Shown here: piece by piece, positions 7,432 to 11,726 of the stretch
Layout of the letters: every line of letters starts with the position of its first letter
Numbering within the stretch: position 1 is the stretch's first letter
From: Promethearchaeota archaeon
GTDB taxonomy: Archaea > Asgardarchaeota > Lokiarchaeia > Sigyniarchaeales > SOKP01
DNA length: 11,726 nt
Assembly: GCA_048938895.1 (NCBI GenBank)
Contig: JBHLLU010000092.1
Span: forward strand, 1-11,726
Direction of reading: 5' to 3'
Notes under the pieces: model-generated
The model's database searches: none
What the model was told of the DNA's origin: nothing
What the model saw: only the letters and a program-made list of their open reading frames with translations
Program-made: the position numbers and the translations under genes

Positions 7432-8766
7432 ATGGAAGAAGAAAAAAAAACACCAAAACTGAAGCGTAGAGTCTCTTTGTTTGCCCTCACTATTTATGGG
7501 ATTGGGAATATTTTAGGAGCGGGGATATATGCTCTAATTGGAGATGTAGTAGGAATTACAGGCAATTTATCATGGCTAGCTTTTGTGTTAGCATCAATTA
7601 CAGGGGTATTAACAGGATTATCCTATGCAGAACTTTCAGCAATGTATCCTAAAAGTGCTGCAGAGTTTGTTTATACAGAAGAAGCATTTAAGAAACGCAT
7701 TCTTTCTTTCATTTTAGGGTGGATAATAATATTCTCGGGGGTACTTTCAGCTGCTACAGTCGCATTGGCTTTTGGTGGCTACTTATCTGACTTACTGGGA
7801 ATTGAATTTATTGTTTTTAAAATAGTCTTTGCAATAATCTTAGTTTTAGGTCTTAGTGGAATCAATTTTATTGGAATTAAAACTTCGACGAGAACCAATA
7901 TTATTTTTACTATGATTGAGGCTTTAGGCTTAATCATAATCATTATCCTTGGATTTTTTGGTCAGCAAGAACCCAATTACTTCTCCCTTCCATCAGGATC
8001 ATCATTTTTAGTGATTTTTTCGGCGGTAGCTTTAATATTTTTTGCCTACATAGGATTTGAAGATATTGCTAATATAGCAGAAGAGGTTAAAGAACCTAAT
8101 AAAAACTTACCCAAAGCAATTATTTATTCGATTTTCATTACTACAATATTTTATTGCTTTACTGCCATAGCTGTAGTAAAGATATTACCGATTGATAGAA
8201 TTGCTGATTCAGAGGCTCCTTTAGCTGACGTGGCAGAAGAAATTTTGGGACCCGCAGGTGTGTTTTTGATGTCTTCAATCGCATTATTTGCCACTGCGAA
8301 TACAGTACTTATTATGTTAATTGTAACTTCTCGAATGATGTATGGTATGGCACGCGATAAAGCTCTTCCAATAGGGATCAGCAAAATATCGTTAAAACAT
8401 AGAACTCCTATAATTGCTGTATATCTCACTACAGGTTTTACGTTAATTCCGATCTTCTTTGGGAACATTTCATTAATTGCTCATGCTACGGTTTTTGGAG
8501 TACTTATAACGTTCTTCTTGGTAAATATAAGTTTGATCGCATTGAGAAGAACACAACCAGATTTGGAAAGACCGTTTGAATTAAAACCAAGTTTTAAAGG
8601 TGTACCACTGATCGCATTACTCGGGTCGATAATTTGTATTGCACTTTTATTTACTTTTAATTGGTTAATTATTCTTATTCAACTGATCATAATTATCATT
8701 GGGATTATCGTTTTCTATGTTATGAAATCAAAAATAGAAACGAAAACATTAAGCAAAGCTACCTAA
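7432..8766 (+). CDS. APC-superfamily amino acid/polyamine permease
   Basis: 444 aa. TM1 GIGNILGAGIY, LSYAELSAMYP, FFAYIGFEDIANIAEEVKEPNKNLPKAI, SRMMYGMARD and LRRTQPDLERPF. Confidence 0.93.
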   Translation: MEEEKKTPKLKRRVSLFALTIYGIGNILGAGIYALIGDVVGITGNLSWLAFVLASITGVLTGLSYAELSAMYPKSAAEFVYTEEAFKKRILSFILGWIIIFSGVLSAATVALAFGGYLSDLLGIEFIVFKIVFAIILVLGLSGINFIGIKTSTRTNIIFTMIEALGLIIIIILGFFGQQEPNYFSLPSGSSFLVIFSAVALIFFAYIGFEDIANIAEEVKEPNKNLPKAIIYSIFITTIFYCFTAIAVVKILPIDRIADSEAPLADVAEEILGPAGVFLMSSIALFATANTVLIMLIVTSRMMYGMARDKALPIGISKISLKHRTPIIAVYLTTGFTLIPIFFGNISLIAHATVFGVLITFFLVNISLIALRRTQPDLERPFELKPSFKGVPLIALLGSIICIALLFTFNWLIILIQLIIIIIGIIVFYVMKSKIETKTLSKAT

Positions 8767-8771
8767 TAGTA

Positions 8772-9512
8772 TTACAAATCATTAATATTGCAATAACCAA
8801 CAATTTCATCTCTGAGGTAAATTTTAAACGGTAAATCTAACTTCTTATAAGATTCTACTACACTTACAAGTGAATCATGCTCAGGTTTTGAAAAGATCAT
8901 CTTAAAATCTTCCCCTACACCTTCAGAGAATTGATACTGCTGGAGAACAAAATTGCCGGAGAATCTAATGCGTCTTAGATGTTGAATTATATTATCAATA
9001 TCACTAGCATCTAAAAGACTCTCTACATAAGTGGTCCGAATTTCAAACTCTAAATTTTTCTGGTGGTTTAAAATATGTATTGTTTCTATAATTTTTTCTA
9101 AATCTACGGAAATTCGTGTAATTTTCTCAAGGATTTCTGGAATTAATGGGCCTTTTAAATCTAAAGCAATCCTATTTACATAGGGTACAATATTCTTTAT
9201 TACTTCAGGATTTGAGCCATTCGTATCAATACTTAGATATTTACCAATTTCTTGAATTGCAATACAAACTTCTAATAAATCATTCTGTAGTGTCGGTTCA
9301 CCCCCAGTAATGCTAACTCCACTAACTAACTCATTAGTTTTAATTTTATCTATTATATCTGTGATCTTATATTCTCTTCCCACATTTGGTTGCAACAAAT
9401 ATTTATTATGGCAAAAATCACATTTAAAATTACACCCTACAGTGAATATGACCATACAGGATCTATGAGGTATATCGACAGTTGAAATATCAATTATTCC
9501 CCCAATTTTCAA
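8772..9512 (-). CDS. Radical SAM glycyl-radical-enzyme activase, short form (anaerobic RNR-activase NrdG2-like / PflA-like)
   Basis: 246 aa, TTG start. GC27NFKC31DFC34HN, ITGGEP, DTNG, LDLKG and EIRTT. The N-terminus MKIGG..IS.VD.P resembles the NrdG2 family. There is no ferredoxin insertion after the CxxxCxxC motif. Confidence 0.88.
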   Translation of the reverse strand: MKIGGIIDISTVDIPHRSCMVIFTVGCNFKCDFCHNKYLLQPNVGREYKITDIIDKIKTNELVSGVSITGGEPTLQNDLLEVCIAIQEIGKYLSIDTNGSNPEVIKNIVPYVNRIALDLKGPLIPEILEKITRISVDLEKIIETIHILNHQKNLEFEIRTTYVESLLDASDIDNIIQHLRRIRFSGNFVLQQYQFSEGVGEDFKMIFSKPEHDSLVSVVESYKKLDLPFKIYLRDEIVGYCNINDL

Positions 9513-9521
9513 GTATTTCCC

Positions 9522-10415
9522 TCAATAACGATCTTTAATTAATTTTTCGACTTGATTCAGCGGTAAATCAAACGGTCCTGGAGTTTCTAACTTAAGAGAC
9601 GTAAGTGCTGCAGAAAATTTTAATGATTCTTCAGGATCTTTGGTAATGCGTGAACCAAGGTAACTAATAAATGCTGTATCCCCCCTTCCTGTTCTTCCTT
9701 CAGAACTTCTATTTTTCCATGGGAATTGGTAAGAACTATTGTTAGTAAAAACAGAAATACCTTCCTTATGGGTAATTAAAATTTCTTTAGGACCAATTTG
9801 AATTAACTCTTTTGCAGCAGTAATAATTTGTTTCTGGTTTGTCAGTACTTCCGCTTCAGTCTGATCGAGCTTTAATACATTGATATTTGAAATAATCTCT
9901 TGCCTTTCTTTTACTGATAGTGAAGAATAAAACACTTTAGTATCGTCTCTAAATCTTATAAAACCTTGGATATCTAAGCATAAATTATCGGGATATTTAC
10001 TCTTCAAATAATTTAATAATTCTAGATCTACTTCCCCTGCCAAAATAGGCGCAACTACAAAGAATTTTGGTTTTAAAGTATCAATAGTTTCATCTTTTTT
10101 AAATTTGCCCGCGAATCCAAGAGGTTTATAAATTCTAAGTTCCATATTTTTAGAAGAATAAATATTTCTTAAACCAGATGTTTCTTTTGAAGGGTATGAA
10201 TAGAAATTAACCCCATTCTTTTTTAAAATTCCCAGAAATTCAAAATCTTCTTCTTTTAATCTCGTAATAATCGAAATTCTAAGTCCCATATGACTTCCGG
10301 CAATCCCACCATAATAGACAGCACCACCCAATGAGGTATAACTATTTCCGTCAATTTCAATAATATCTTTTGCGAAATGACCTAAAATTACTATGTCAGG
10401 TGCCGTAGTCTTCAT
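9522..10415 (-). CDS. PfkB/ribokinase-family carbohydrate or nucleoside kinase
   Basis: 297 aa. N-terminal GHFAKD and LGGAVYY, LDIQG, KLDQTEAEVL, and C-terminal signature variant GRTGRGDT with catalytic D246. Confidence 0.88.
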   Translation of the reverse strand: MKTTAPDIVILGHFAKDIIEIDGNSYTSLGGAVYYGGIAGSHMGLRISIITRLKEEDFEFLGILKKNGVNFYSYPSKETSGLRNIYSSKNMELRIYKPLGFAGKFKKDETIDTLKPKFFVVAPILAGEVDLELLNYLKSKYPDNLCLDIQGFIRFRDDTKVFYSSLSVKERQEIISNINVLKLDQTEAEVLTNQKQIITAAKELIQIGPKEILITHKEGISVFTNNSSYQFPWKNRSSEGRTGRGDTAFISYLGSRITKDPEESLKFSAALTSLKLETPGPFDLPLNQVEKLIKDRY

Positions 10416-10475
10416 TGATCTAATAATTAAAACGAATGAAGTATTAAGAAATTAACTTTTGATTTTAAAAAATAG

Positions 10476-10496
10476 GAAAAAAAAATGGTTTTTTTC
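10476..10496. terminator. A9/T7 tract pair, candidate terminator
   Basis: GAAAAAAAAATGGTTTTTTTC directly follows the minus-strand stop at 10497. It provides an oligo-T tract on both strands. Confidence 0.4.
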
Positions 10497-10688
10497 TCAG
10501 GTTTTTTTCTCAATTTTCACTTTAATAAAACTTTCAAATATTTTTTCTTTTATTTTGCAGTGATTTAATATGGGTATTTCAATAACTTTTTTGGAACTTT
10601 CCTCATAACTTTTAACCAAAATTGAGCTAATGTTTAGTTTTTTAATATCCTCCCTACTGATTTGTTCACTTAATTCTTCATTAATCAT
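10497..10688 (-). CDS. Small hypothetical protein or gene remnant
   Basis: 63 aa, K/E/I-rich, no motif recognised. The frame stays open 15 codons upstream of the ATG (WEKFICEQYQLFINK) to a TAA at 10734-10736. A T tract follows the stop. Confidence 0.4.
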   Translation of the reverse strand: MINEELSEQISREDIKKLNISSILVKSYEESSKKVIEIPILNHCKIKEKIFESFIKVKIEKKT

Positions 10689-10728
10689 TTTGTTAATAAA
10701 TAATTGGTATTGCTCACATATAAACTTT

Positions 10729-10780
10729 TCCCATTATATTCCCACACTAAAAATTATGTATTAGGTGGCTGAATATGGGA
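10729..10780. other. Imperfect long stem-loop in a divergent intergenic region
   Basis: TCCC[ATT]ATATTC-CCAC[A]CTAA, a 10-nt loop, then TTAG-GTGG[CT]GAATAT-GGGA. This gives 18 Watson-Crick pairs with three bulges, and it is GC-richer than its flanks. Confidence 0.5.
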
Positions 10781-10961
10781 TCCTTTAATTATATAAAAAT
10801 GAACAATATAACATTCTAAAAAGAAATAAGATGAAAAACTTTCATTGATGATATAATTCTCTACCAACAAAACTAAACAAAATTGAACAAAATTACCTTA
10901 TAACATTTATATAATTTAATTTGTTAAATAAAAATGATAAAAACTGTTTGACGATAAAAGA

Positions 10962-11489
10962 ATGGAATTAAAGGCAGAAGGCCATCATAAACCCTCAAAT
11001 AAAGTTGAAATTGAAAAAATAATCTTTTGGACAATAGTATTTATAGGTTTAATTTGTATCTATTTTTTGTTCTTCTATGATTTCATTCCCAAACTTTTTT
11101 ATTTGGTTCCTTGGTTCATTTATTATTCTCTTTATAACCCATTATTTTTATTGGGTATTTTGGGAATAATAGTAGTAAGTTGCTACTTTGGATCTTTAAC
11201 GGTAAAAAGTCTTAAGTCACTAAAATTTCAAAAAATCGATAAAAATGATGAGACGATTCTAAATAATGCAATTAGGAAAAAAATTTCTCACGTTTTACGA
11301 GCTAATATCGGTAATGCTTATACTAAAGATGCGCTACTTAATAGAGTGGTAGAAAAAGTCAGACATCCTTATTTTAAGAAATATTTAAAAAGTAACGGAG
11401 AGAAAGTTTTAAAAGAATTGGTTTCAGAAGGAAAAATAAGTATAACTCAGAAAGATGGGAAATTTCATTATTTTTTTTCGCAGACTTAA
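10962..11489 (+). CDS. Hypothetical membrane-anchored protein with C-terminal winged-helix-like domain
   Basis: 175 aa with 2-3 N-terminal hydrophobic segments. The basic C-terminal region shows a helix-strand-helix-helix-hairpin pattern (KKISHVLRANIGNAYTKDALLNRV...EKVLKELVSEGKISITQKDGKFHYF). Confidence 0.75.
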   Translation: MELKAEGHHKPSNKVEIEKIIFWTIVFIGLICIYFLFFYDFIPKLFYLVPWFIYYSLYNPLFLLGILGIIVVSCYFGSLTVKSLKSLKFQKIDKNDETILNNAIRKKISHVLRANIGNAYTKDALLNRVVEKVRHPYFKKYLKSNGEKVLKELVSEGKISITQKDGKFHYFFSQT

Positions 11490-11726
11490 AATTAAAATCT
11501 TATTATCAATATTCTCATAATAAAAAAGTCATTATAATTTTGAGGATTTGAGGAAAGTAACAACATCGCCTATTCAAAAAGAGTCATTTTTATATTGTCC
11601 TAAGTGTAGAAGATTTTTGAGATCATAAAATTTAGAAATTATTGTTATTGCTTTCTAGACGTAATTTTAATTCAATCGAAGGTTTTTTAAGTGGTTTTTA
11701 ATTTTCAATTACAATTTAGTATAAAC

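Noticed and set aside
8151-8468. 105-aa minus-strand ORF
   Set aside because: Entirely antisense to the APC permease; shadow ORF.
8772-9512. Assigning the symbol nrdG or pflA
   Set aside because: The family resemblance is to NrdG2, but no nrdD is in the window and the cognate enzyme cannot be determined from sequence alone.
11630-11726. Possible CDS entering from the right edge on the minus strand
   Set aside because: All three minus frames hit a stop within the first seven codons from the edge, leaving too little sequence to support a call.

Overview
AT-rich prokaryotic chromosomal window, most likely archaeal. Lokiarchaeia/Asgard is my inference, from the AN1-zinc-finger/HEAT protein, oligo-T terminators, TATA-like promoters and a MefA-like MFS expansion. 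In order, it holds the 3' end of a probable aminopeptidase gene, two tandem DHA3/MefA-like MFS transporters, and a minus-strand block with an MBL-fold hydrolase, an AN1-ZnF-HEAT protein, a 799-aa glycyl radical enzyme (GRE) and a small membrane protein. These are followed by an APC amino-acid permease, a tightly linked PfkB kinase + short GRE-activating radical SAM gene pair, a doubtful 63-aa ORF and a membrane-anchored winged-helix-like protein. The most interesting element is a candidate undescribed GRE pathway. The GRE has an eliminase-type GCVEP loop, but its predicted substrate-pocket residues match none of the characterised GREs I can compare from memory, and its Gly loop is non-canonical (KVGGY instead of RVxGY). 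An activase with no nrdD in the window and a PfkB kinase lie about 2 kb away. No rRNA, tRNA, CRISPR array or transposase was recognised.
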